From: Bacteroidota bacterium
Lineage (GTDB): Bacteria; Bacteroidota; Bacteroidia; Chitinophagales; LD1
Assembly: GCA_025963485.1 (NCBI GenBank)
Contig: JAOQAO010000041.1
Location: forward strand, 20,114-84,113
Reading direction: 5' to 3'
Length of the DNA: 64,000 nt
This document shows, one piece after another, positions 36,716-47,255 of the stretch (within the stretch, counting starts at the first letter, position 1; the number at the start of each line of letters is the position of its first letter). Below the pieces are notes generated by a model. That model had not been told where the DNA came from. It made no database searches and worked only from the letters and a program-made list of their open reading frames with translations. A program made the translations under genes and the position numbers.

Positions 36716-37210
36716 ATGAAATCTCCATCTAACTGGGCACACATACGGGATATACTCATATTGCCAGGTATCGTATGCATTGTGATACCATTTGCATTAT
36801 ATCAAATACATAGTAAGCCATTTCCCGATAGTGACGTGTTGAAGTATTTGGGGGCGACGATCTTTGCTATAGGATTGATAGTGTGGGCGATACCGGTGTA
36901 TCTGTTCTGGAAGATGGCAGGTGGGACGTTGGCTCCCTGGGTGCCGACGCAGAAGCTGGTGATCTATGGTCCATTTCGCTATACCCGCAATCCGATGATC
37001 ACAGGAGTACTATTCATCCTGCTTGGTGAGGCGCTATGCCTGAATGCGACGGGTGTCTTAATATGGACAATCTGGTTCTTCTTTATGAATACGATGTATT
37101 TTATCTTCAAGGAAGAGCCGAGTATGACCAGGCGGTTCGGAGATGACTATCTCAAGTATAAGGCGAATGTACCGAGGTGGCTGCCTCGATTTACACCTTA
37201 CAGGGGATAA
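36716..37210 (+). CDS. ICMT/PEMT-type membrane methyltransferase family protein
   Basis: Four TM helices and GPFRYTRNPMITGVLFILLGEA near the C-terminal half. Confidence 0.55.
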   Translation: MKSPSNWAHIRDILILPGIVCIVIPFALYQIHSKPFPDSDVLKYLGATIFAIGLIVWAIPVYLFWKMAGGTLAPWVPTQKLVIYGPFRYTRNPMITGVLFILLGEALCLNATGVLIWTIWFFFMNTMYFIFKEEPSMTRRFGDDYLKYKANVPRWLPRFTPYRG

Positions 37211-37272
37211 GCTTGAAACCGGTGAAGAATTTTATTTATTCTTTTTTGTTTTACCTTGTTGCAAAAAAGAGC

Positions 37273-39612
37273 ATGCCTCGTCTCAGACCCTTTTTGATCT
37301 TTTTCTGTTTCGCCATGTACACTCAGTCGTCATTCTCACAGGCCTATGACCCTGTGGCAAAGACAAGCTCTGTGGTGATATCGGATAAAGCGCGTTTCTC
37401 TATCCTCACAGATCACATCATCCGAATGGAATATGCGGCGAATGATATTTTTACGGATCAGGCTACGCTGACTTTTGTGAATCGCAATTTGCCTACTCCT
37501 TCGTTTAGTAGTACTGACAATAGCGGATGGCTGATCATCAAAACCAAACTTTGCACGCTTCATTATCAAAAGAACTCAGGGCCATTTACTTCACGCAACC
37601 TGTATATAGAGTATAATGATTCTTCCCGTACATTCACCTGGAGGCCGGGTATGAAGGATAAGAAAAACCTAAAGGGCACCACACGCACGCTGGATGCTGC
37701 TTCAGGTAAATTCAGCTATATCGGTTTGAAAAAGATCAAGATCGAAGATGGGATATTGTCGCGGAGCGGCTGGACATTGATCGATGATTCTGAGCGGCCG
37801 CTCTTTGATAATAGCGACTGGCAATGGGTACAGCCGCGAAATGGCGGAGGTGCTCAGGACTTTTACTTCTTCGGATACGGCAGTGACTACAAAGCTGCCT
37901 TGCGTGATTTTACTTTGATAGCTGGCAAGATATCCATGCCGCCGCGCTATGCTTTTGGTGTCTGGTACTCGCGCTATTGGGCCTATACTGAGGCGGAGTT
38001 TAAGCAAATCGTAGCGGACTATGATAATCATAATATTCCTCTCGATGTGCTGGTCATAGATATGGACTGGCACCTGACGACTAAGTCGAGTCCTGAGATA
38101 TTTGACCGGTATACGCCCAAGCCTGATGGCTGGACGGGCTTCACCTGGGAGAAGAAATATTTTCCGGACTATAAGGAGTTTCTGGGGTGGACCGATGCGC
38201 AGAAACTGCAGACCTGTATGAACATCCATCCTGCATCAGGTGTGCAACAGCATGAGGCGACTTATCCTGCTTTTGCGAAAGCGATGGGAGTGGATACTGC
38301 GACACATGCAGCGATCCCTTTTGATATTACGAATAAAAAGTTTGCACAGAATTATTTCGACGTGTTGCTACATCCGTACGAGAAGGCGGGGGTAGACTTC
38401 TGGTGGCTGGACTGGCAGCAGTGGGGAGGGACCAATATCAAGGGTGTGAATCCGACCTTCTATCTGAATTATGTGCACTTCAGCGATATGCAGCGTCAGG
38501 GCAAACGGCCGCTCATCTTCCACCGCTGGGGCGGGCTGGGCAATCACCGCTATCAGATAGGCTTCTCCGGCGACTATATGATCAACTGGAAGTCGCTAAA
38601 ATACCAGCCCGAGTTTACAGCCAATGCATCGAATGTTGGGTTCGGATATTGGAGCCACGATATAGGCGGGCATATGAACCCCATCAGCAAAAAGGACAAA
38701 CAAAACCCTGAGCTATTTACACGCTGGGTGCAGTGGGGGGCTTTCAGTCCCATCTTTCGCACCCATGCGACTAAAGACCCAGGAATAGAGCGCCGGATAT
38801 GGATGTATCCTGAGGCGAATTTCAAGGCTATGCGCAAGGCGTTGCAGGAGCGGTATGCGCTCGTGCCATATATCTATACGATGTCACGTTATGCATATGA
38901 CTCGGGTGTTTCTATTATCCGTCCGATGTATTATGAGTTTCCCGACATGGATGCGGCCTACCATATGGAGAGACAGTATTATTTTGGCAATGATATGATC
39001 GTGGCGCCTATCACGCACGCGATGCATGATGCGGAGAAGATCGCCCAGACGGTTTGGCTGCCGGAGGGCAACTGGTATGATTACCGTAATAACAATATGA
39101 TCAAAGGCGGCAAGGCGGTCACGCAAAACTATGGGCTGGATGAGATACCAGTGTTCGTCAGAGCGGGAAGTATCATCCCTATGCAGACCACTAGGCTGAG
39201 GATCACAGGCAGCGTACTGGATACACTGGTATTGACCGTCTTTCCTGATTGCAATCTCATTCAGGCGCCACACTGCAATAGCATGCATACCGGCAACTAC
39301 CGGGCGGACTTCACGCTATATGAAGATGAAGGCAATACTGAAGACTACAGAAAAGATGCCTGCTCATTTACGCACTTCGAATACCGTGAGCGGAATGATG
39401 GTTATACTTTTGACATAATGCCTGACGGCAAAAGTTATCCGGGGCAGGTCACGGAGCGCAGCTATGAGGTGCGTATCCTATCGGTAGATAAGCCTAAGCA
39501 AGTAACCGCGAATGGCAAGGCGCTGGAGTGGAGCTATGATGAGGAGCGGAAGATGGTTGTTATCAAAACTGCGATGGAGAAAGTGGGAAAGGTGATGATG
39601 GAGATCAGGTAA
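37273..39612 (+). CDS. glycoside hydrolase family 31
   Basis: GH31 catalytic-region motifs: PLDVLVIDMDWH, FWWLDWQQ, WSHDIGGH. Signal peptide from the ATG at 37273. Confidence 0.8.
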   Translation: MPRLRPFLIFFCFAMYTQSSFSQAYDPVAKTSSVVISDKARFSILTDHIIRMEYAANDIFTDQATLTFVNRNLPTPSFSSTDNSGWLIIKTKLCTLHYQKNSGPFTSRNLYIEYNDSSRTFTWRPGMKDKKNLKGTTRTLDAASGKFSYIGLKKIKIEDGILSRSGWTLIDDSERPLFDNSDWQWVQPRNGGGAQDFYFFGYGSDYKAALRDFTLIAGKISMPPRYAFGVWYSRYWAYTEAEFKQIVADYDNHNIPLDVLVIDMDWHLTTKSSPEIFDRYTPKPDGWTGFTWEKKYFPDYKEFLGWTDAQKLQTCMNIHPASGVQQHEATYPAFAKAMGVDTATHAAIPFDITNKKFAQNYFDVLLHPYEKAGVDFWWLDWQQWGGTNIKGVNPTFYLNYVHFSDMQRQGKRPLIFHRWGGLGNHRYQIGFSGDYMINWKSLKYQPEFTANASNVGFGYWSHDIGGHMNPISKKDKQNPELFTRWVQWGAFSPIFRTHATKDPGIERRIWMYPEANFKAMRKALQERYALVPYIYTMSRYAYDSGVSIIRPMYYEFPDMDAAYHMERQYYFGNDMIVAPITHAMHDAEKIAQTVWLPEGNWYDYRNNNMIKGGKAVTQNYGLDEIPVFVRAGSIIPMQTTRLRITGSVLDTLVLTVFPDCNLIQAPHCNSMHTGNYRADFTLYEDEGNTEDYRKDACSFTHFEYRERNDGYTFDIMPDGKSYPGQVTERSYEVRILSVDKPKQVTANGKALEWSYDEERKMVVIKTAMEKVGKVMMEIR

Positions 39613-39711
39613 AGTAGCCCTGTCAGTTTTACCTTTCTGAAAGCCCGGGCACCCGTTTAGAATATTCATTTCACTCTATCGTCTACTTAGTTATCTAAAC
39701 CAATAGACGAT

Positions 39712-40536
39712 ATGAAACAAGTAATACTCATCACAGGTGCCTCATCGGGCATAGGCATGTCGGCTGCACGACTGCTGGCTAAAGACGGTCACATAGTATA
39801 TGCTGCGGCCCGCCGCACAGACCGCATGAAGGAACTCGAAGCTGATGGCATAAAGCTCCTATCTATGGATGTCACTGATGACGCCTCTATGCAGGCCGGT
39901 GTCAAAACCATACTCGACCGGGAGAAGCGCATAGATGCACTGGTCAATAATGCGGGATACGGATCGTATGGCGCGCTGGAGGATGTGCCGATCAGCGAGG
40001 CGAAATATCAGTTTGAGGTGAATGTCTTTGGGCTCGCACGCCTCACGCAGCTGGTGCTGCCGCAGATGCGCGCGCAGAAGTCCGGCAAGATCATTAATAT
40101 CTCCTCTATAGGCGGCAAGGTGGGTGAACCGCATGGCGCCTGGTACCATGCGACGAAGTTTGCCGTGGAGGGACTGAGCGATAGCCTGCGCATGGAGCTG
40201 AAAGAATTTGGTATCGATGTGGTAGTCATACAGCCCGGTGCGATCAAGACCGAGTGGGCAGAGATAGCCCGCAAAAAGATGCTCGAAACCTCCGGCACCG
40301 GAGCCTACAAAGAGCTAACGATCAAACATGCCAAGATGTTTGAGATGGCGGATAAGCAGGGGGATGAACCGATAGTAATCGGACGCGCTATCAAGAAGGC
40401 AGTAGAGGCACGTAAGCCTAAAACCAGATACACCACTGGCGGCGGAGCGAAGCCTGCGCTATTCCTCCGTAAGATACTTTCGGATAGGGCTTTTGATAGC
40501 TTTATGCTGATGATGATCAATAGGATGGGGAAATAG
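39712..40536 (+). CDS. short-chain dehydrogenase/reductase
   Basis: ITGASSGIG, NNAGY, and YHATKFAVEG (YxxxK). Confidence 0.88.
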   Translation: MKQVILITGASSGIGMSAARLLAKDGHIVYAAARRTDRMKELEADGIKLLSMDVTDDASMQAGVKTILDREKRIDALVNNAGYGSYGALEDVPISEAKYQFEVNVFGLARLTQLVLPQMRAQKSGKIINISSIGGKVGEPHGAWYHATKFAVEGLSDSLRMELKEFGIDVVVIQPGAIKTEWAEIARKKMLETSGTGAYKELTIKHAKMFEMADKQGDEPIVIGRAIKKAVEARKPKTRYTTGGGAKPALFLRKILSDRAFDSFMLMMINRMGK

Positions 40537-40548
40537 TGCCGAATTAAA

Positions 40549-40648
40549 GCATACGGATGACATGGATTTAAATGGATCAATGCAGATGTGACTGGTCGCG
40601 GTGCAAACGCTGAGGTGTGGGCATCCGCGTTTTAAACGCGGATGAGTA
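40549..40648. repeat. intergenic repeat plus perfect 22/23-nt palindrome (catccgcgttttaaacgcggatg)
   Basis: Shares ordered blocks with 31186-31290. The palindrome at 40622-40644 lies between convergent genes and is a likely bidirectional terminator. Confidence 0.6.
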
Positions 40649-40659
40649 GGGAGTGGGAA

Positions 40660-42213
40660 TCAATTGCTATTTAATAGTAATAGATTATCACGACAATGAC
40701 TAGCCCTAATTAGATTAGATTCAGAAGGAAAGAGTTCAAATGTGCGAATCGCTGATTCAAGATTCTCCTTGGCTTTTTTCTTGTCATTTAGCTTATAACA
40801 TGCATGAGCCATATTGGAGTATACTAAAGCCATGTTTGGATGTCCTGAATCAAATCGTTTTTGGTATATTTCTAGGGCATCATTATAAAAGACAAGTGCC
40901 TCTTTATATTTAGATTGATCTTGTAGAATCAAACCAATGTTATTTAATCTTATGGCTATCGTTGGATGCTCAAAACCATAGGTGTCGATATCTAAATTTA
41001 AAGATATAATATATAATTCTTTAGCTTGTTTAAAATCCCCAAGGTTATGCCAAGCAGCTCCCAAATTGCTATACACAGTTGCTATATGAGCATTGCTATC
41101 CTCCCTACTGATAAGATGTATTTTTAAGGCTTTGTTATAGTAGTTTATGGCTTCTGCCGGCTTTCCTTGTTCATCCAAACAACATCCTATATTATTATAT
41201 CTTATGGCTATTTTGGGATGTAAACTGTCGTACAACCTTATTTCTATTTCAAGAGCTTTAGAATAGTAGAAAATTGCCTTTTCATAGTCGCCAGAAATTT
41301 TCCAAGCCATTCCTAAATTATTACATAGTATTGGATAAACCTCATCTTCGACTTCATTATTATTTGAATGTATTTTAACTGCTTTTTCAAAAATTAATAT
41401 CGCATCCTTATGAATGCCTAATGTGAGCGTCATAAAACCAGCTTCATTTAGATACAATAAGTTGCTTGGATCTAATTCGGATGCCTCTATATAATATTTT
41501 AGTGCATCTGAATATTTCAATTGTAAACTGGCATATCCTCCTATTTGAAAATATGTTTCCGCTAATTCTTTTTTTTGTTTTTCTGCTATTTGCTCCTTTA
41601 ATAGTTTTTCAGCGTCAGCGAAATTATTGTGAGCATCAAAATCTCGGAGCTGATCTTTAATTTTCTCAGTAAAGGTGCCTTTATTCCTTTCTTTCTCCAG
41701 TTCGCTTTTTAAGCGAATTATTTCATCAACGGATAGTTGTTGCGTTTGATGGAACTGAGCTTTTTCCTGAGTAATGCTTTCTAGGTCTTTTTTTACTTCT
41801 TTCAAAGCAGTTAAAACATCTGCATACTTTTCTGGATCGATTCCAGTAATATTTTGATTTTGAATAATTGTAGTTTGGGTAAAGTCTCTGCTTTTAATCG
41901 AGACGTTTTGAGAAAGATTATAATTATTTACAATGGTATTTAAAGCTTCAGTATCTTCTGGTTTACTCTTTAAAGCTAAAGCCAATTCTTCTATTAAAGC
42001 TTCTTTTCCTTCCTCACTAGGCTTTGCCTCATACTGGGCTAATACTTCTTCAGATTTTTTATCTCCATTAAATATGTCTTTGATCTTTGTATAGATATCT
42101 TTGCCTATTTCCTTGGCAATGCCCTTTCCCACTTCTTTAGCAGATTCTGTTAGAAAGGCGATAGTGACGGCGGAAGTGGCAAGTTGAAGAAGCTCGGGAG
42201 GCGAGAAAATCAT
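40660..42213 (-). CDS. TPR-repeat protein (kinesin-light-chain-type TPRs) with unknown N-terminal domain and coiled coil
   Basis: At least seven 42-aa TPR_12-like units (A...Y..AL.I......HP..A..Y.N.G) in the C-terminal 300 aa. Charged helical region at about aa 120-215. The gene is AT-rich. Confidence 0.75.
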   Translation of the reverse strand: MIFSPPELLQLATSAVTIAFLTESAKEVGKGIAKEIGKDIYTKIKDIFNGDKKSEEVLAQYEAKPSEEGKEALIEELALALKSKPEDTEALNTIVNNYNLSQNVSIKSRDFTQTTIIQNQNITGIDPEKYADVLTALKEVKKDLESITQEKAQFHQTQQLSVDEIIRLKSELEKERNKGTFTEKIKDQLRDFDAHNNFADAEKLLKEQIAEKQKKELAETYFQIGGYASLQLKYSDALKYYIEASELDPSNLLYLNEAGFMTLTLGIHKDAILIFEKAVKIHSNNNEVEDEVYPILCNNLGMAWKISGDYEKAIFYYSKALEIEIRLYDSLHPKIAIRYNNIGCCLDEQGKPAEAINYYNKALKIHLISREDSNAHIATVYSNLGAAWHNLGDFKQAKELYIISLNLDIDTYGFEHPTIAIRLNNIGLILQDQSKYKEALVFYNDALEIYQKRFDSGHPNMALVYSNMAHACYKLNDKKKAKENLESAIRTFELFPSESNLIRASHCRDNLLLLNSN

Positions 42214-42392
42214 AAGTAGACGTTTTGTACCTTAAACATAAGAAGATTTCCGTTTACCCTGTTTTCCACTAAATAAGACACAAAAGCAGTATCTTGCAAC
42301 CTCGTTTTGGCGGTGAAAGCTAATAATGGTGGTTATTCTGTCTACATTTCAACTTTTTTTCACCTTTCGTTGTGTATTTCGGGGAATAAAAT

Positions 42393-42400
42393 TAATTTTG
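42393..42400 (+). promoter_or_regulatory. candidate -7 box (TAATTTTG) for rpsL
   Basis: Matches the Bacteroidota TAnnTTTG consensus, 20 nt upstream of the rpsL ATG. Confidence 0.35.
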
Positions 42401-42420
42401 CCGTCCCAAAAATAGCGTTA

Positions 42421-42828
42421 ATGCCAACCATTCAACAGTTAGTTCGTAAGTCAAGGACGATCATTCGTGCCAAATCTAAGAGCCGCGCGCTCGATAGCTG
42501 CCCTCAGCGTAGGGGAGTTTGTACTCGTGTATACACGACTACTCCTAAGAAGCCAAACTCAGCTCTCCGTAAGGTAGCGAAGGTGCGTCTGACCAATTCT
42601 ATAGAGGTGATCGCCTACATCCCAGGTGAAGGCCATAATCTGCAAGAGCACTCGATCGTTCTGATCCGTGGCGGCAGGGTAAAAGACCTTCCAGGTGTAC
42701 GTTATCACATCGTACGCGGATCCCTCGATACCGCAGGTGTAGAAAACAGGAAGAAGAGCCGTTCTAAGTATGGTACCAAGCGTCCTAAGGCAGGTGCTCC
42801 GGCAGCAGCAGCAGGCAAGAAGAAATAA
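42421..42828 (+). CDS. rpsL: 30S ribosomal protein S12
   Basis: [12 protein letters not shown]...[15 protein letters not shown] at 42421. Confidence 0.95.
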   Translation: MPTIQQLVRKSRTIIRAKSKSRALDSCPQRRGVCTRVYTTTPKKPNSALRKVAKVRLTNSIEVIAYIPGEGHNLQEHSIVLIRGGRVKDLPGVRYHIVRGSLDTAGVENRKKSRSKYGTKRPKAGAPAAAAGKKK

Positions 42829-42859
42829 TTAATAAGACTATTATTATCAATATAATATA

Positions 42860-43327
42860 ATGAGAAAAGCAAGAGCACCCAAAAGATTCCCTCAGCCGGA
42901 CCCTAAGTTCGGTGACACGGTTGTAACACAGTTTGTGAACAATATGATGTATGAGGGCGAGAAGGCCGTAGCATACAAGGTATTCTATAACGCGCTGAAC
43001 CTCATAGAGGAGCGTACTAAAGAAAACCCACTGGAAGTATGGAGAAAAGCGGTACAGAATGTATCTCCGGCAGTAGAAGTAAGAAGCCGCCGTATCGGTG
43101 GAGCTAACTTCCAGGTGCCATCTGAGGTACGTCCTGAGCGCAGGCAGTCACTGGGTATCAAGTGGATCATCTCCTTTGCCCGCAACCGTAACGGCAAGAG
43201 CATGGAAGACAAACTGGCCAACGAGCTGATCGCAGCATCTAAAGGTGAAGGCGGTGCATTCAAGAAGCGTGAGGATGTACACCGTATGGCAGAAGCTAAC
43301 AAGGCTTTCGCACACTTTAAGTTCTAA
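42860..43327 (+). CDS. rpsG: 30S ribosomal protein S7
   Basis: DPKFGDTVVTQFVNNMMYEGEKAVA...VEVRSRRIGGANFQVP. Confidence 0.95.
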   Translation: MRKARAPKRFPQPDPKFGDTVVTQFVNNMMYEGEKAVAYKVFYNALNLIEERTKENPLEVWRKAVQNVSPAVEVRSRRIGGANFQVPSEVRPERRQSLGIKWIISFARNRNGKSMEDKLANELIAASKGEGGAFKKREDVHRMAEANKAFAHFKF

Positions 43328-43471
43328 GAAAAGAAAGTTTTTACCGCTAAAGCGCAAAAACGCAAAAATTGAAAGATGATGCGGCTTTGCGCTTTCGTGA
43401 TGAAAGAAGAGGGAAGTTTTATAAAAAGTAAAAATGGCGGCGACGCCGGAAAAATATAACAAAGAGCAATA

Positions 43472-45595
43472 ATGGCAGCTAAAGATCTCACCCACACGAG
43501 AAACATCGGAATCGCAGCACACATCGATGCTGGCAAGACTACAACTACAGAGCGTATCCTGTACTACACAGGTGTAAGCCACAAAATAGGTGAGGTGCAT
43601 GATGGTGCAGCGACTATGGACTGGATGGAGCAAGAACAAGAGCGTGGTATCACGATCACATCTGCTGCTACACGCTGCTCATGGACATGGAAGAACGAAA
43701 AATACGATATCAATATCATCGATACCCCGGGCCACGTGGATTTCACCGTAGAGGTGAACCGCTCGCTCCGTGTACTCGAAGGCCTGGTGTTCCTGTTTAG
43801 CGCAGTGGATGGTGTAGAACCACAATCTGAGACTAACTGGCGCCTCGCTAATAACTACGGTGTGGCACGTCTCGGTTTCGTAAACAAAATGGACCGTCAG
43901 GGTGCTGACTTCATGATGTGTGTAAATCAGGTGAGCACGATGCTGGGTTCTAACCCGCTGGTCATGCAACTGCCTATCGGAAACGAGGAACACTTCAAGG
44001 GTGTAGTAGACCTGGTGACAGGTGAGGCTATCGTCTGGAATGAGCACGATAAAGGTATGACATACGAAGTCATCGACATCCCTGCCGACATGGTAGATGA
44101 GGTGAAAATATACAGAGAGAAACTGCTCGAGCAAGTAGCTGAGTTTGATGATACGCTGATGGAGAAATATTTCGCTGATCCTAACTCTATCTCTGCGGAG
44201 GAGATTCGCGCGGCTGTACGCCAGGCGGTGATCGCTGACAAGGTAGTACCTATGTTCTGCGGATCTTCATTCAAAAATAAAGGTGTGCAGGCTGTACTCG
44301 ATGCAGTATGCGCGATCCTCCCATCGCCTACAGACAGGAAAGAAGTACACGGTACCAATCCTGATACTGACGAGCCGATGATACGCCAGGCTACAGTTGA
44401 GAATCCTTTTGCCGCTCTTGCATTCAAGATCGCTACGGATCCCTATGTAGGCCGTCTGTGCTATTTCCGGGTTTACTCCGGTGGACTGGACGCTGGTTCG
44501 TATATATACAACACACGTACAGGAAAGAATGAGCGTATATCTCGCCTCTTCCAAATGCACGCTAACAAGCAGAACTCTGTACCACGTGTAGAGGCCGGTG
44601 ATATCGCTGCAGGTGTGGGATTCAAGGACATCCGCACAGGTGATACACTCTGTGATGAAAAACATAAAATCGTACTGGAAAGTATGGTATTCCCTGAACC
44701 GGTGATCTCTATCGCGGTAGAGCCTAAGACTCAGAAGGATATGGACAGGATGGGTATGGCCCTCGGCAAGCTGGCTGAAGAAGATCCTACATTCAAGGTT
44801 AGCTTTGATGACTCTACGAGCCAGACCATCATCGCAGGTATGGGTGAGCTTCACCTCGAGATCATCGTAGACCGTATGCGTCGCGAGTTCCAGGTCGAGC
44901 TGAACCAGGGTGCACCACAGGTAAACTATCGTGAGAAACTGACTAAGACTATCGAACACCGTGAGCAGTACAAAAAGCAATCGGGTGGTCGTGGTAAATA
45001 TGCTGATATCCAGTTTGAGATCGGACCAACCGCTGAGACTGAAGATTCTAAACTCGGCCTTACCTTCATCAATGATATCTTCGGTGGATCTATCCCACGT
45101 GAGTTTGTACCAGCTGTGGAGAAAGGCTTCAAGGAAGCAATGAAGACAGGTGTACTCGCAGGATACGAGATCGATGCGCTGACAGTTCGTTTGTTTGACG
45201 GTGGTTTCCACGCAGTGGATTCCGACGCCCTCTCATTCGAGTTGGCTGCTAAGCTTGGATTCCGTAACTCTGCTAAGCTCGCTGGTCCTCAACTCCTCGA
45301 GCCGATCATGAAGCTCGAAGTCATCACTCCTGAAGAAAACATGGGTGGTGTGATCGGTGACCTCAACAGAAGGAGGGGTATCATCGAAGGCAGCGAAACC
45401 AAGATGAACGCAGTAGTGATCAAGGCGAAAGTGCCACTGAGCGAAATGTTCGGATACGTGACGCAGCTGCGTACGCTGTCATCTGGCCGTGCTACATCTA
45501 CGATGGAGTTCTGGAGCTATCAGCCGGCACCTGAGTCAGTGGCTAAGCAAGTAATGGCTAAGAACACAGGTAAACTCAAACCAATCGACGACTAA
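43472..45595 (+). CDS. fusA: elongation factor G
   Basis: [38 protein letters not shown]. 707 aa. Confidence 0.97.
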   Translation: MAAKDLTHTRNIGIAAHIDAGKTTTTERILYYTGVSHKIGEVHDGAATMDWMEQEQERGITITSAATRCSWTWKNEKYDINIIDTPGHVDFTVEVNRSLRVLEGLVFLFSAVDGVEPQSETNWRLANNYGVARLGFVNKMDRQGADFMMCVNQVSTMLGSNPLVMQLPIGNEEHFKGVVDLVTGEAIVWNEHDKGMTYEVIDIPADMVDEVKIYREKLLEQVAEFDDTLMEKYFADPNSISAEEIRAAVRQAVIADKVVPMFCGSSFKNKGVQAVLDAVCAILPSPTDRKEVHGTNPDTDEPMIRQATVENPFAALAFKIATDPYVGRLCYFRVYSGGLDAGSYIYNTRTGKNERISRLFQMHANKQNSVPRVEAGDIAAGVGFKDIRTGDTLCDEKHKIVLESMVFPEPVISIAVEPKTQKDMDRMGMALGKLAEEDPTFKVSFDDSTSQTIIAGMGELHLEIIVDRMRREFQVELNQGAPQVNYREKLTKTIEHREQYKKQSGGRGKYADIQFEIGPTAETEDSKLGLTFINDIFGGSIPREFVPAVEKGFKEAMKTGVLAGYEIDALTVRLFDGGFHAVDSDALSFELAAKLGFRNSAKLAGPQLLEPIMKLEVITPEENMGGVIGDLNRRRGIIEGSETKMNAVVIKAKVPLSEMFGYVTQLRTLSSGRATSTMEFWSYQPAPESVAKQVMAKNTGKLKPIDD

Positions 45596-45631
45596 TAATA
45601 TTTTAATAAACTCAATAAACGTTCTTTCAAA

Positions 45632-45937
45632 ATGAGTCAAAGGATCAGGATCAAGCTTAAGTCATACGACCACAACCTCGTAGACAAGAGTGCAGAAAAA
45701 ATTGTCAAGACTGTGAAAAACACAGGTGCAGTAGTGAGCGGACCAGTGCCACTGCCTACGCACAAAAACATCTTTACTGTATTGCGTTCGCCGCATGCTA
45801 ATGCAAACTCTAAGGAGCAATTTCAACTTTGCACTTACAAGAGATTGATAGACATCTACTCATCTTCGTCTAAAACCGTAGATGCGCTGATGAAACTCGA
45901 GCTCCCAAGTGGTGTAGAGGTAGAGATCAAGGCGTAG
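45632..45937 (+). CDS. rpsJ: 30S ribosomal protein S10
   Basis: [23 protein letters not shown]...GPVPLPT. Confidence 0.95.
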   Translation: MSQRIRIKLKSYDHNLVDKSAEKIVKTVKNTGAVVSGPVPLPTHKNIFTVLRSPHANANSKEQFQLCTYKRLIDIYSSSSKTVDALMKLELPSGVEVEIKA

Positions 45938-46128
45938 TAACCTTCTCGTCCCGCGCCGCCGAAAGGAGGGTGTCTGCAAACGTGCAACGGTAGAGTAAAA
46001 ATATATTGACAGCTCCGGCTGTTTCCCTTCTTCCGCCAGTGCGGGAGGATGAGGATAGGATTTTAGTCTTTATTTAATCATTTTATGAGTCCCGGCGAGA
46101 GCCGCGATTCCGCTAAAAACAAACAGCA

Positions 46129-46746
46129 ATGAAAGCAATAATAGGAAAGAAGGTCGGAATGACCAGCATCTTCGCAGACGGCAAGTACGTAGGCGTGACA
46201 GTAATAGATGTACAAGGTAACGTAGTAACTCAGGTCAAGACTCAAGACATAGATGGCTATACAGCTATACAGGTGGGCTTCGATGACAAGACTGAGAAAG
46301 CAGCAAACAACGCAGAGAAGGGACACGCTAAAAAAGCAAACTCAGTGCCTAAGCGTAAATATGTTGAGTTCCGCGATTACGATTTCGAGAAGAAGATCGG
46401 CGAACTGATCACTGCTGAGACATTTGCTGAAGGCGAGAAAGTAGCCGTAGTGGGTGTATCAAAAGGTAAAGGATTCCAGGGTGTGGTAAAACGCCACGGA
46501 TTCAGCGGTGTAGGTATGGCATCGCACGGACAGCATGATCGTGCAAGAGCTCCGGGATCTCTCGGTGCATCATCTGATCCATCACGTGTATTTAAAGGAA
46601 TGCGCATGGCAGGCCGTATGGGTGGCAATCGCATCAAAACCCAGAATGTAAAGATCGTAAAGATCATGGCTGACAAGAACCTCATCCTCCTCGGTGGATC
46701 GGTACCTGGCGCTATCGGTGGATACGTAGTACTGGAAAGGAACTAA
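46129..46746 (+). CDS. rplC: 50S ribosomal protein L3
   Basis: GKKVGMTSIF...GKGFQGVVKRHGFSG...GSLGASSDPSRVFKGMRMAGRMG. Confidence 0.95.
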   Translation: MKAIIGKKVGMTSIFADGKYVGVTVIDVQGNVVTQVKTQDIDGYTAIQVGFDDKTEKAANNAEKGHAKKANSVPKRKYVEFRDYDFEKKIGELITAETFAEGEKVAVVGVSKGKGFQGVVKRHGFSGVGMASHGQHDRARAPGSLGASSDPSRVFKGMRMAGRMGGNRIKTQNVKIVKIMADKNLILLGGSVPGAIGGYVVLERN

Positions 46747-46818
46747 ATACAAGGTCCCGCTATATCTCCCCTAAAGGGGAGACTTAAATACAAAAGGTCG
46801 AACGATAATTTTTTTTTG

Positions 46819-46848
46819 CCCCTTCGCTTTACGGTGAAGGGGTTTTTT
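46819..46848 (+). terminator. rho-independent terminator after rplC
   Basis: Stem ccccttc/gaagggg followed by tttttt. A second small hairpin, tctcccc-taaa-ggggaga, lies at about 46773-46790. Confidence 0.65.
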
Positions 46849-46887
46849 ATTTGTGGAATGGCGAATGCCCTTGTTGGTGACGCTTCG

Positions 46888-47154
46888 CTAAACACCAACA
46901 AGGGTGGAAAAAGCTTCAGCATGAGAAGCTTTGAAAAGAGACAGATATGTTGTCCCGGGATTACTTTTTACAGTGTATTTTGCATCTAAAAGGGTGATAA
47001 AATTACATTCCGGACTAGTGATAAAATAATTTAAACTATCAGAAAGCTTTTCAAAGAAGGTGTCGAGGGGAGTTGGATCCTGAGGCACCTGTGGAGGATA
47101 ATAATAGTAATACAATATCATTATCGCTTGCTGGCCAGACATTCTATTTTTCAT
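46888..47154 (-). CDS. hypothetical small protein (weak call)
   Basis: 88-aa ORF in an AT-rich gap. It has an odd YYYYYPPQVPQDP stretch and no recognised family. Confidence 0.25.
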   Translation of the reverse strand: MKNRMSGQQAIMILYYYYYPPQVPQDPTPLDTFFEKLSDSLNYFITSPECNFITLLDAKYTVKSNPGTTYLSLFKASHAEAFSTLVGV

Positions 47155-47255
47155 ATTCCCTTATATTATAAGATCGGTATTAAACTTTAATGTAAATTAA
47201 TAAAAAAGCCATCCTGTTTTAGCAAGATGGCTTCTATTTATTTTACAATACATTA

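Noticed and set aside
44267-45211. 314-aa minus-strand ORF, with several smaller ones nearby.
   Set aside because: It is antisense to fusA, whose identity is certain.
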